Source of the DNA: Octopus bimaculoides
Taxonomy: Eukaryota
DNA length: 64,000 bases
Direction: 5' to 3'
Assembly: GCF_001194135.2 (NCBI RefSeq)
Contig: NC_068986.1
Location: 95,881,700-95,945,699, forward strand
Part shown: positions 38,612 to 47,000 of the stretch, one piece after another
Numbering within the stretch: position 1 is the stretch's first letter
Layout: every line of letters begins with the position of its first letter
Notes under the pieces: generated by a model
The model's input: only the letters and a program-made list of their open reading frames with translations
Told to the model about the DNA's origin: nothing
Database searches by the model: none
Position numbers and translations under genes: made by a program

Positions 38612-38738
38612 TCTGTCTATATCTGTTTACTCGTCAGTAAGCACCTCAATATATTTCTATATTTGCAGGCCATCCACGATGTTAGAAAATTGTAGTGAAA
38701 TGCAGCACAAGTTTTTGCAGACTGTCAACAAATTTTGA
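2157..38738 (+). CDS. RANGAP1: Ran GTPase-activating protein 1, complete spliced CDS (17 exons, 1788 nt, 595 aa)
   Basis: Exons 2157-2319, 5619-5746, 8949-9008, 10738-10917, 12382-12516, 12635-12793, 14529-14642, 16584-16683, 18043-18127, 20130-20226, 21158-21232, 31868-31966, 34105-34149, 36017-36077, 36932-37023, 38346-38470, 38669-38738. All introns are GT-AG with matching phases. Motifs: WSDIFTGRL (arginine finger), [23 protein letters not shown], acidic tract, [18 protein letters not shown] (SUMO site psi-K-x-E). Confidence 0.97.
5619..5746 (+). CDS. RANGAP1: RanGAP1 exon 2 ([43 protein letters not shown])
   Basis: TAG acceptor, GTAAGT donor, LRR motif GNTVG. Confidence 0.95.
5861..6070 (+). 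mobile_element. SINE with Deu/Nin-like core (family B)
   Basis: GTTGACTTTGCTTTTCATCCTTTCGGGGTTGATTAAATAAGTACC core. Further copies at about 6490-6830, 34720-34890, 45740-46020, 57340-57530 (+) and 11610-11760, 51460-51600 (-). Confidence 0.7.
6258..6454 (-). mobile_element. Young RTE-tail retroelement copy
   Basis: Reverse complement of the 19170-19300 tail; about 98 percent identical to 60461-60660 by eye. Confidence 0.8.
8949..9008 (+). CDS. RANGAP1: RanGAP1 exon 3 ([20 protein letters not shown]), carries the catalytic arginine
   Basis: TAG acceptor, GTATGT donor, conserved WSDxFTGRL. Confidence 0.96.
10738..10917 (+). CDS. RANGAP1: RanGAP1 exon 4 ([25 protein letters not shown]...[11 protein letters not shown])
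   Basis: CAG acceptor, GTAACT donor, 180 nt, LRR motifs. Confidence 0.96.
11795..12300 (+). mobile_element. Tx1/L1-like LINE 3' end
   Basis: [23 protein letters not shown], pyrimidine-rich 3' UTR, AATAAAAGAAA end; same family as 46110-46575. Clade assignment is tentative. Confidence 0.6.
12382..12516 (+). CDS. RANGAP1: RanGAP1 exon 5 ([11 protein letters not shown]...[18 protein letters not shown])
   Basis: TAG acceptor, GTAGAC donor, 135 nt. Confidence 0.96.
12635..12793 (+). CDS. RANGAP1: RanGAP1 exon 6 ([15 protein letters not shown]...[18 protein letters not shown])
   Basis: CAG acceptor, GTAAGT donor, 159 nt. Confidence 0.96.
14529..14642 (+). CDS. RANGAP1: RanGAP1 exon 7 ([38 protein letters not shown])
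   Basis: TAG acceptor, GTGAGT donor, INFGDCL motif. Confidence 0.96.
16150..16357. mobile_element. Second copy of the TTAA-flanked MITE (opposite orientation)
   Basis: Ends AAATGCTAAAGGG|TTAA; internal sequence is the reverse complement of 43138-43352. Confidence 0.65.
16584..16683 (+). CDS. RANGAP1: RanGAP1 exon 8 ([33 protein letters not shown])
   Basis: TAG acceptor, GTAAAG donor, phase 0 to 1. Confidence 0.94.
17196..17586 (-). mobile_element. Full-length tRNA-derived SINE (family A)
   Basis: Reverse complement of 36373-36731. Partial copies at about 525-623, 9250-9420, 15420-15570, 23440-23600, 51640-51790 (+) and 33615-33770, 59690-59860 (-). Confidence 0.85.
18043..18127 (+). CDS. 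RANGAP1: RanGAP1 exon 9 ([29 protein letters not shown])
   Basis: CAG acceptor, GTAAGT donor, phase 1 to 2. Confidence 0.94.
18500..19303 (+). mobile_element. RTE-clade LINE 3' end with repeated 3' UTR and (GAT)n tail
   Basis: [20 protein letters not shown]...[17 protein letters not shown], then five units of about 63 bp and the tail GGAAAGCGGACGTTAAGTGATGATGAT. Confidence 0.8.
20130..20226 (+). CDS. RANGAP1: RanGAP1 exon 10, acidic tract ([19 protein letters not shown]...YE)
   Basis: CAG acceptor, GTGAGA donor; poly-Glu/Asp domain expected after the LRRs. Confidence 0.92.
21158..21232 (+). CDS. RANGAP1: RanGAP1 exon 11 ([25 protein letters not shown])
   Basis: CAG acceptor, GTAATA donor, phase 0-0, acidic linker. 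Confidence 0.85.
25091..25164 (+). CDS. Candidate alternative RanGAP1 exon A ([24 protein letters not shown])
   Basis: TTTTATTTGTTGTAACAG acceptor, GTAAGT donor, open in phase 0, exits in phase 2. No homology recognised. Confidence 0.35.
25319..25590 (+). mobile_element. tRNA-derived SINE, degenerate
   Basis: GGCTTAGAGTGTTGGGCTCACAATCATGAGGTAGTGAGTTTGATTCC head; related pieces at about 8300-8440 and 13730-13890. Confidence 0.6.
26225..26312 (+). CDS. Candidate alternative RanGAP1 exon B ([30 protein letters not shown])
   Basis: Pyrimidine tract plus AAG acceptor, GTTAGT donor; phase 2 in and phase 0 out complement exon A. Confidence 0.35.
26433..26522 (+). CDS. Candidate alternative terminal RanGAP1 exon C ([29 protein letters not shown])
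   Basis: Strong acceptor TGTTTTCCTGTTCTGTTTGCAG, phase 0 matches exon 11 or exon B, TAA at 26520-26522, NES-like spacing. Confidence 0.5.
   Translation, partial: GDICDELEEISLKLEKTQICCDQLENTDL
28210..28520 (-). mobile_element. Old degenerate RTE LINE ORF 3' fragment
   Basis: Minus-strand remnant [18 protein letters not shown]...MEGACR resembles the RTE C-terminal RRLRWYGHVMRM...EG segment. Confidence 0.55.
29058..29890 (+). mobile_element. Mariner (Tc1/mariner) element, internally deleted, both TIRs and TA duplication retained
   Basis: Left TA|CAAGGTGGTATCGAGAAGTTTCTGGGCTA; right end is the reverse complement of TA|TGAGGTGGTATCAAAAAGTTCCAGGACTAG. Transposase remnants [16 protein letters not shown]...[24 protein letters not shown] and HPPYCQDLAPADF; the WVPxxL/first-D region is missing. 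Confidence 0.92.
31868..31966 (+). CDS. RANGAP1: RanGAP1 exon 12 ([33 protein letters not shown])
   Basis: CAG acceptor, GTGAGT donor; FLAFPSP starts the C-terminal domain. Confidence 0.95.
34105..34149 (+). CDS. RANGAP1: RanGAP1 exon 13 ([15 protein letters not shown])
   Basis: CAG acceptor, GTAAGT donor; resembles VVSAFLK of orthologues. Confidence 0.92.
36017..36077 (+). CDS. RANGAP1: RanGAP1 exon 14 ([20 protein letters not shown])
   Basis: CAG acceptor, GTAAGT donor, phase 0 to 1. Confidence 0.92.
36373..36731 (+). mobile_element. Full-length tRNA-derived SINE (family A)
   Basis: Head GGAGTGGCTGTGTGGTAAG...GGTTCAGTCCC (A/B-box-like), core CTTGGGCAAGTGTCTT, (TA)n spacer, tail ATGACTGAAACAAGTA. 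Confidence 0.85.
36932..37023 (+). CDS. RANGAP1: RanGAP1 exon 15 ([31 protein letters not shown])
   Basis: TAG acceptor, GTAAGT donor; LLVHMGLLK ends on the SUMO-acceptor lysine. Confidence 0.95.
38346..38470 (+). CDS. RANGAP1: RanGAP1 exon 16 ([29 protein letters not shown]...AFISR)
   Basis: AAG acceptor after a T-rich tract, GTGAGT donor, phase 0 to 2. Confidence 0.94.
38669..38738 (+). CDS. RANGAP1: RanGAP1 exon 17, terminal ([22 protein letters not shown])
   Basis: CAG acceptor, TGA at 38736-38738. Confidence 0.93.
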
Positions 38739-38946
38739 GAAACCTTCTGCACTATCACCACCACCACCACCACCATCATCATCATCAACATCATCATCAC
38801 CATCTTATTTACACACCTCTGCACTACACACCAAGATTGTTTATACAATTGCCCATCTCCCTCATCCCATCCTGACCTCATGAATGGAATGCTTTGGGAA
38901 AGCCATAATATTATTTACAGTGTATGTATACACAACGAAAACATTG

Positions 38947-38952
38947 AATAAA
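38947..38952 (+). other. Candidate RanGAP1 polyadenylation signal AATAAA
   Basis: First AATAAA after the stop codon (209 nt downstream); a further cluster starts at 39817. Confidence 0.4.
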
Positions 38953-39860
38953 CACATACAGGAAAACTAGAAAACAACAAAAAGGACAATTGGTGAAAAA
39001 TTTTTAGTGAGACAATGAAAAGGATGTATATTTTTCCCCAGACACACAACACAATGGCTGTAGCTACTGTAAGATTTGAACTGGTTAAAATGTGAACTTT
39101 AGTGATCAAGGTCTTTATCTTGCTTTACAGTCATTTATGTCTCCTTTCAGCTTTCTCAATTTGGAAATATTTCTTTTTTGCAGTTGGCCATAAAACATGG
39201 TTGTTGCAGTGAAATAAAATTATTTTCTTTTCAATTCTGAGAATTGTCAAACGGCTATAAAGAAATTTAAAAATAATGTTCTGTGTATTTCTCTGTGATC
39301 CTCTCTGGCTGTCTCTTTCTTTTTTCTTTCTTATACTTGCGTAAGTCATACAGAATTTTTTGAGACAGCATGGCTAGATGCCCTTCCTGTCACCAACCTC
39401 CACCTATTTCCAGGCAAGATAAATATTTCCCCATGACCAGACATGTTTTTCAGTGAAGATTTGGAAATGAATGAATCACTTGTATGATGCTTGCTTGTAT
39501 GTTTTTATGCATATATATTGCATTCTAAATTATTAACAAGATGTAATTAAAACTCATGTAAACAAGAAAATACCATATGCCCACGGGCATATGGCATAGT
39601 GGTTAAGAGCGCGGGATACTAACCCCAAGAAAATACCAATTTAGTCCATTTACGACCCATAATTACACAATTACCAGATCACTCGTTAATAATTTGGAAC
39701 ACTGAAAGTTCGTGGAAATCCTGCAAATGGCTGAAGTTTGTTTACACTTGCACAAACGTCATGTATTTTTACATACCACATGCATATAACTGCTGAATTT
39801 TAATGAGTTGTTTTTAAATAAAATAAACAAATGTTATGTCATTAATAATTTGAAACGCAA

Positions 39861-39894
<34 letters not shown>

Positions 39895-39973
39895 ATTATT
39901 ACAAATTAAAAGGGTGAAGCAAATGCTTGCTGATCCCTTAATTATGTTTATATATATATATGTATATATATAC

Positions 39974-40260
39974 ATACAAGGTGTTATTAAAAAACTCACC
40001 ATTTTGATTTAGTCTCCTTCAGGTGTAGCCATCTTTGAACTGATTGTACCACTTCTTTATTTGTGTTTTTCCCATAGCATCATCTCCAAAGGCCTTCTGA
40101 ATCTTTTCGATAGCCTGGGCTTGCGTGTCACCAAATTTTTGGCAGAATTTAATACAGTATCTTTGCTCAATGCACTCAATCATCTTGGCTCAAAAAGAAA
40201 AATTACACAGCACACTCTTCATCTCTGTACTTAACACGTCATTATGGGTGAATGGCGCAA
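39974..40260 (-). mobile_element. Mariner transposase N-terminal relic between RanGAP1 and IFT22
   Basis: Minus-strand translation IEQRYCIKFCQKFGDTQAQAIEKIQKAFGDDAMGKTQIKKWYNQFKDG; TIR-like TACAAGGTGTTATTAAAAAA near 39976. Confidence 0.75.
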
Positions 40261-40721
40261 CCTACAGGCATGAACATTTTTGTGCATGCTCAGGAAATAC
40301 GCGGCCACCTAATACCCATGCAGATTTTGCTCACACATTCTGCAAAACATTTTGTCCCACCATTCCTACATTTCCATCATCTGTTACTTCAACAATAAAT
40401 ACCAGTCGTGTATTGGGTTAATATCAATTGCATTGCAGCTCCCCAATTTTGAGATGTTGTGCTATCATTATAATGTTTATCTACTATTTTAATTATAATT
40501 TCTTAAGACACAGCACCTCAAATATAAGGTATAGAATCGATAATATTGACCCCAGCTGTTGACTGGTACATATTGTATTGATCCTGGAAGGATTTGAATC
40601 CAGTATATAACTGAATATCACAAAACATTTTGTCTGCTATTCTAATGATTCTGTCTATCCAGAGCTATCAATTAGTAATAATAACAAATAACAAAATATT
40701 ATTTCAAGTAACAAAAACAGA

Positions 40722-40727
40722 TTTATT
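40722..40727 (-). other. Candidate IFT22 polyadenylation signal AATAAA
   Basis: TTTATT on the + strand about 145 nt past the stop codon. Confidence 0.4.
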
Positions 40728-40870
40728 TTGTGATATGTCTTCCCCCACCCCCCACCTACTCTCTCTCTCTTTCCCTCCCTAGAATTGTCTGACTCCTTCA
40801 GATCGTTCACTGATAAGTTAAAGCCATGTATGAAACAGCAAGTAACTGGGTCCAAGCTACTACCACTTCA

Positions 40871-41025
40871 TCATCTTTTATTCATGATGCTGAGTTCCTC
40901 TTGGTCACGTTTGTCAGTCATGGCTACCAACACAGTCATAAGAAACTTTTCAAGCTGCTCTCTCAGATCTGCTGAACTGGACTCCAAATTTGCTTCAATG
41001 CACTGGATGTTCTGAAATGATGGAG
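40871..41025 (-). CDS. IFT22: IFT22 exon 6, terminal (PPSFQNIQCIEANLE...KRDQEELSIMNKR*)
   Basis: CAG acceptor, TGA at 40873-40871; resembles the RDREEMSIM C-terminus of orthologues. Confidence 0.94.
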
Positions 41026-44000
41026 CTGAAAGGAAAAATCAGGAAATTAATATTTGGTTGCGAAGAAGAAAATCTTTTGACAAATGTTATTATGTATCTT
41101 GTACTTCTGATTACACACACATGCACAGTAACAAACTTCTTTGTGATCAATCAACTTATTAGATTTAGCAGTTAAATCACTCTTAAATCATACTCTACCT
41201 TCTTACAAAATCAAGAATGTAGATATAAAAAAAAAAAAGGAGAAACAAGATGGTCATGGCTGGAATACCTTTGATCATTGACCTTCTCAATTAGGGCTGA
41301 TTTGAGGCTAAACAATAACATTTCACATTTTTTTCAGACTGGGCATTCTCTTCGGAATCAAAAAATACTGCAGCCTTAACACATGCTTCAGTAGATTACT
41401 ACTCACACATGAGGAGGCGCAATGGCCCAGCGGTTAGGGCAGCGGACTCGCGGTTTTGATTCCCAGACTGGGCGTTGTGAGTGTTTATTGAGCGAAAACA
41501 CCTAAAGCTCCATGAGCCATCCGGCAGGGGATGGTGGCGAACCCTGCTGTACTCTTTCACCACAACTTTCTCTCACTCTTTCTTCCTGTTTCTGTTGTGC
41601 CTGTAATTCAAAGGGTCAACCATGTCACACTGTGTCATGCTGAATATCCCTGAGAACTACGTTAAGGGTACACGTGTCTGTGGAGTGCTCAGCCACTTGC
41701 ACATTAATTTCACGAGCAGCAGGCTGTTCCGTTGATCGGATCAACTGGAACCCTCGACGTCGTAAGCGACGGAGTGCCAACAACAACTCACACATGCGGG
41801 ATGATGCATCTATCATCACATATACTAAAGACTATCCAAGAAAAGGCTGATAATATAAGAATAACTCACCACTGCGCTACCTCTATGTAGTCTCTCGATC
41901 TGCAAGAAATAGCAACTAAATCTCCCTTCAAATTACATCCTACATACTGCCATAAAATAACTAAAGGTGACATTTGATAACGTAGTCCTCGATACATTGA
42001 TTCCAAGTAAGACAGAAAGCTATGGCTGGGACACCTTTGATCATAAGTCTATGTGATCAGGACTTGCTGTTTTCTATTACTGTTACAACAGTGTCTGAGT
42101 GAGTTAGCTACCATATTGGTAGCTAACTCACACAGACAAAGCCCTCTTGATCCACTCCATCAAAGCCCTCTTGACCCACTCCATCAAAGCCCTCTTGACA
42201 CCACTTGTTACTTCTACTGTGTAACGCCTTCCCCAGATCTTACACTAAATAATTTAACCTTCCATCCAAATGTATCTCCTTGAATTAACTTCCAGTTCAT
42301 TTCATGTTTACTCTACTGAACAATAATTGCATCAATCACTATAATATACGCACAACCACAGGTATTATGGCATAGAAAATAACCTTTGTATACACCCTGT
42401 TGTGTGGGAAAGAAAATGAATAGGGACAATGCAAAGCGAAAATTCTAAATTTAAAAATAATAATAATGAAATTATTGTATACAGTGCTCAGGTGCACTAC
42501 AATTTGTCAAAAGTGCATATAAAGCATATGCAGTAATGTACAAATGTCTTGAAAGTGAACAGTGTATGAGTCAGATACATGCTTGCGTGTGTATGGAGGG
42601 GAGAAAATCAGGTGTAGTGTTGGCGAATCTCAGGAAGCATGGAAGTTTTGAAGGATGCAGTGCTCCGACAACTAACAACTGATGCTGGCAGGTTTTTTTT
42701 TGTTTTTTTTGCTGTAGTTTCAGCTCAGAGCTGCGGCCATGCTGATGCACCACTGTTTCAGCAACTCTTAGTGTGAAAAAGTGTTTCCGAAAGTCATAGG
42801 AGCTGTGCTGTTTTCTGACTTTGTAAACATGTCCACAGGTGTTAGACAGGTGGAATTTGAAAAGGTGCTCAGAGTTATCGTTGGTAAGCTGGTTAATAAT
42901 TTTATGGGCGTCTGCCAAGTCAGTTGCCAGACGTCGAAGTTTCAATGAATCCATGCCCAGGTAAGTAAGGCGTTCAGAATATGGCAAATGCCTGATATAG
43001 AGTATTCTCTTGGTTGCACATCACTGAATGGTTTCCAGACGATTAATATCCTGGGCAAGATAGGGGTTCCAGACCGGAGATGCAAATTCCAGGTGAGGCT
43101 GCACCATAGCTATATAAAGCCTCAGATTTGTGATTAACCCTTTACCATTTAAACTGGCCATATCTGGCCCAAATATTCTATGCTTTATGTTCAAACTAGC
43201 TAAAACTGGCCTCTTTCACCTACCCTACAATGTCATTCAAAAAATATATAATTGTATTGAAATCTCAAAGCTATGAGATAATGCATGATTAATTCCAAAC
43301 AATATGAATACATAAACATTGTATTTGACAAAGTAATCTGAATGCCAAAGGATTAAACAATCTCTCTGGTATTATTAAGTAAATTGGAAACACTTGTAGT
43401 GGCACGAAATTATAGCCGCCATTGAGGAAGTACTATTCACCACCGGAAGCCCCTCGAGTTGCGCATGCGTAGTAAAACTCGTACTTAAACAGTTACTTTC
43501 ATTATCTCGGTGAGTTGAGCTCAGACCTACATGACAACACCTCGCTCCTCCACGAAGCACTTTTACACTGTTCTCTGGCAGGCATCAAGGAAGCCCTTAA
43601 CCTTCCATTACCAAACTACAACCTAATCAGCGGCTGCTAAGCAGAATGACAGGAATTGTGAAACCAAGCATCATAGTCATAAATAAAACCTTTTTAATAT
43701 GTTGTTAATTGTTCTGATGTCTCTTCATTCATAATGCTGTTGAAAGGTGATAGAGAGACTAAAGTCTCTATGACAACTATCATACCTTTTACACACTCTA
43801 GGACAGTGAAGCATTTTTAGTCTTGGTGAGAGCAGGATGATATTTCTAGTGCTTTGAGAACAGTGTGTCCAATAGATCCATGGGTGTTAAGTTTGGGCTT
43901 TAAGTCGGACAGAAATCCTCCTTACATTGTTGATGTAAAGGAAAGATAGAAAAAGGATGTAAGATTTTAGTGTTCACATAAACTGAACACATATATGAAT

Positions 44001-47000
44001 GTTACTTAAGAAGAGTAGCCTGTGTTAAGCTTCTTTGCCCTATAATCACAACATGAAGGCATAAGTTTTATAGTGATTGTGATCTTACAGCCTGGACTTA
44101 CTGTTATGACAACAAGTCATACCAGAAAAGCTTCAATAAATACAACAAAAGGGAATCTATGTGATCACTCAGGCTGCTAGAAATAATTGCCAAATCACTC
44201 TCATCACACTACACTATCTTCAAAAAGGGAAAGACACATAAGATAGTTCTAGATGTCTTTTGATCATAGGTTAGCTAGATCAGGATTGACATGGAGTTAA
44301 AAGGTAACTCAACATACCTGAGAACCTATAATAAATACCTGAACAACACACACACACACAGCAAACAACCTGTAATACCTTTCAATAAATACAACAAAGA
44401 ATATTCAGGAGTCAGCACATACAGTATTTATACATGTAGTAAAAATCCTTGTATTAGATGGCTTACTCACGGAGATCATAGGTCAAAGCATTACATGGAT
44501 ATTGTAAGACGATTAAGATACATCGTTTGGGGCTTATTTTGCATGATCGGACAAAATAGCTGTATCTGGGATAAAGAAAGCAAAGCAGTTAGTATTGGTG
44601 GCACTAGTGATGATGGTATGGTGATGATTAAAGCAATGAGTAGTGGCCATTGAGGTGATGGTAGGTAGAGATTGTAGTGTTGGGTGAGGTGGAGTAATAG
44701 TAATGAGTGATGATGGGAATGGTGATGAGTGATGGACAGGGAGTAGTTATGGTAGGTGGAGGTTGTGGTGATGACGGTGTCGCTTGTATAATGGTTTTGT
44801 AGGGACGGAGTGGTTAGTAGTGGTGGTGTCATTGATAATGATAGAGTTGGTGTCAGAGCTGACTTGGTTTGGAAGGGATGGTTGTTGATAGTTTGAAAGT
44901 GTGATTATGGCTTTGATGAACAGATGTAGTGATGGAGGAGTGAAGAGGTGACAGTGGAAGCTGATGGCACTAGGCTTATCTGAGTTATCAGTGGAGTAAT
45001 GTGTGCAGTGGCAGACATGAAAGAGCAAAGAGCAATTGATGAGTGCAGTGGCAAGCATAACAAAAGCAAACTGTGAGAGGCCAATGTTAGACTGACATAC
45101 AACTAAGTAATAAGTGTGTATACTGCTAAACTTTACGAAACAAACTGTGAGAGTCTGAGCATAGTGTAACATGTAAGTTGAGTGTGAGTGTGAGTACAGT
45201 GCTAGACATGATTAAAACATAAATTAATAAGTTTAAAAAAAAAAAGAAAAACTTCAATAATTTGTGGAGAGAGGGATTTAGCTGCTAAGTTGACAGATGT
45301 GACACTTGAAATACACTATAGCAGCATGTGACAATTTAAATATTGTTATAGCAACAAACATAGTTGTTTAAATATGTCTACCAAAGTGTTGTCATGGTAT
45401 TCATGCCTTGTTGCAGTAAGCTTGCTGAAGTAAGTTCAGTGTCATTGCAGCAGACTTCCCAAGTTTAATGCAAAATTTCACATTGTCTTTTTGCTTCAGC
45501 TACCTGTCCTTGACAAAAGTTGCAGACTACAGAATACAAGTGATCACAAAATCACACAAATTTCACAACTTGCAAAGTAAACACAGTGATGTCATTTGTC
45601 TCATGAAGGTCACTGCAAGCTCTCGTTACACATGCAACTGTGTGCTGCTATCTGTTGGCCTACAACAGAACTAATCTGGGAACTTTTTGATACTACCTCA
45701 TAACCCTTTCTTCGATCATGCTTTCCAAACAAGCCAGACAAAATGCTATTGCTGTTTCTTCAGACTCTTTGTATTCTGAGTTCAAATCCTGCTGAGGTTT
45801 GACTTTGCTTTTCATTCTTTCAGGGTTGATAAAATAAGTATCAATCAAGTACTAGGATTAATATAATCAATTGCCCACTCCTTCAAAATTTCAAGGCTTA
45901 AGAATTGTTAGCACACCAGACAAAATGTGTAATGGCATTTTATGTTCTGAGTTCAAATGTCACTGAGGTCAACTCTGCCTTTCATCATTTCAAGGTCAAT
46001 GAAATCAGTACCAACTAACCCAACGAAATCATCTACCCCACTCCACGAAAATTCCAGGTCTTGTGCCTATCATAGAAAGGACTATTATTATTATTATTAT
46101 TATTATTATAATTGTGTGGTGGTCTAGACTGAAAGGGCTGAAGACAGATACTTTTCTCTTTGGTCTACCCCATATCCACTTTTTTAGATACCATCTGAAA
46201 AGGAAAGTGAGGGTTGAGAGAGAAGTGCTGACTTCCAGCAAATTTGTTAAAAGGTGAGTGAATGTGGCAAAGATGGTCCATATCAATGGGCCTGCTTTGA
46301 GCATGCGCTTTTGAGTTTCCAAGTCTGAGAGAGAGAGAGAGACAAAGATGGAGAGAGGGCTCTTGCCCTAGTGGTCCAGGTGCCTGTGGATTCTTCGTGG
46401 GGTCTCCATGAGTAGCCCTGAGTTGCTTGCCTCTTTTAAGCATTTTCTTTGTTATATTTTTCATTGTTATTGACTTTTTACATGACACTTTATGTAACCC
46501 CACTTTATCCTTCGTGTTTTGTAATGTCCAGTCTTATTTTTGTTGGCCCTTGTGGCTAATAAAGAAAGGATTATTATTATTATTATTTCAATAGTTTAAA
46601 GTTGACTACTTTGCTGCAATCATCAGGTGGCATAGCAATGAAAAATTAAGAATACTTAAGTTATGTATGTATATATGCATGCATACAAGTTTGAGAGATT
46701 GAAAGCATCACAACAGAAAGCCAAACATAAAATAGCGGTGATGATAATGTTAGTGATGACAAGAGCTGTGTATGTGTGTGCGTGCACGTGCATAGAGATC
46801 CAGCTGCAAGATGATTGTACTCACGGAGTTCACTGCGAACAGGGGCATTGTAAGCCTCAGCTCTGACATTGCTCACACAGAAGCAGTGGTTGGTGGTAAG
46901 GCCTGTCTGAGGTAGGAAATAAGCAAGTCTAGAACATGTAAAAGAAAAAAAATAAATGGTAGGTTAGCTGAACTTCACTCAGAGAACCACCATTTTTATT

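Noticed and set aside
39585-39630. tRNA-like sequence GGGCATATGGCATAGTGGTTAAGAGCGCGGG
   Set aside because: Truncated after the D-arm/anticodon region with no T-arm or acceptor stem; best read as a SINE head, not a tRNA gene.
44471-44559. Possible cryptic IFT22 exon with a GTGAGT donor on the minus strand
   Set aside because: In-frame TAA after eight codons and a weak acceptor; no support beyond the donor match.
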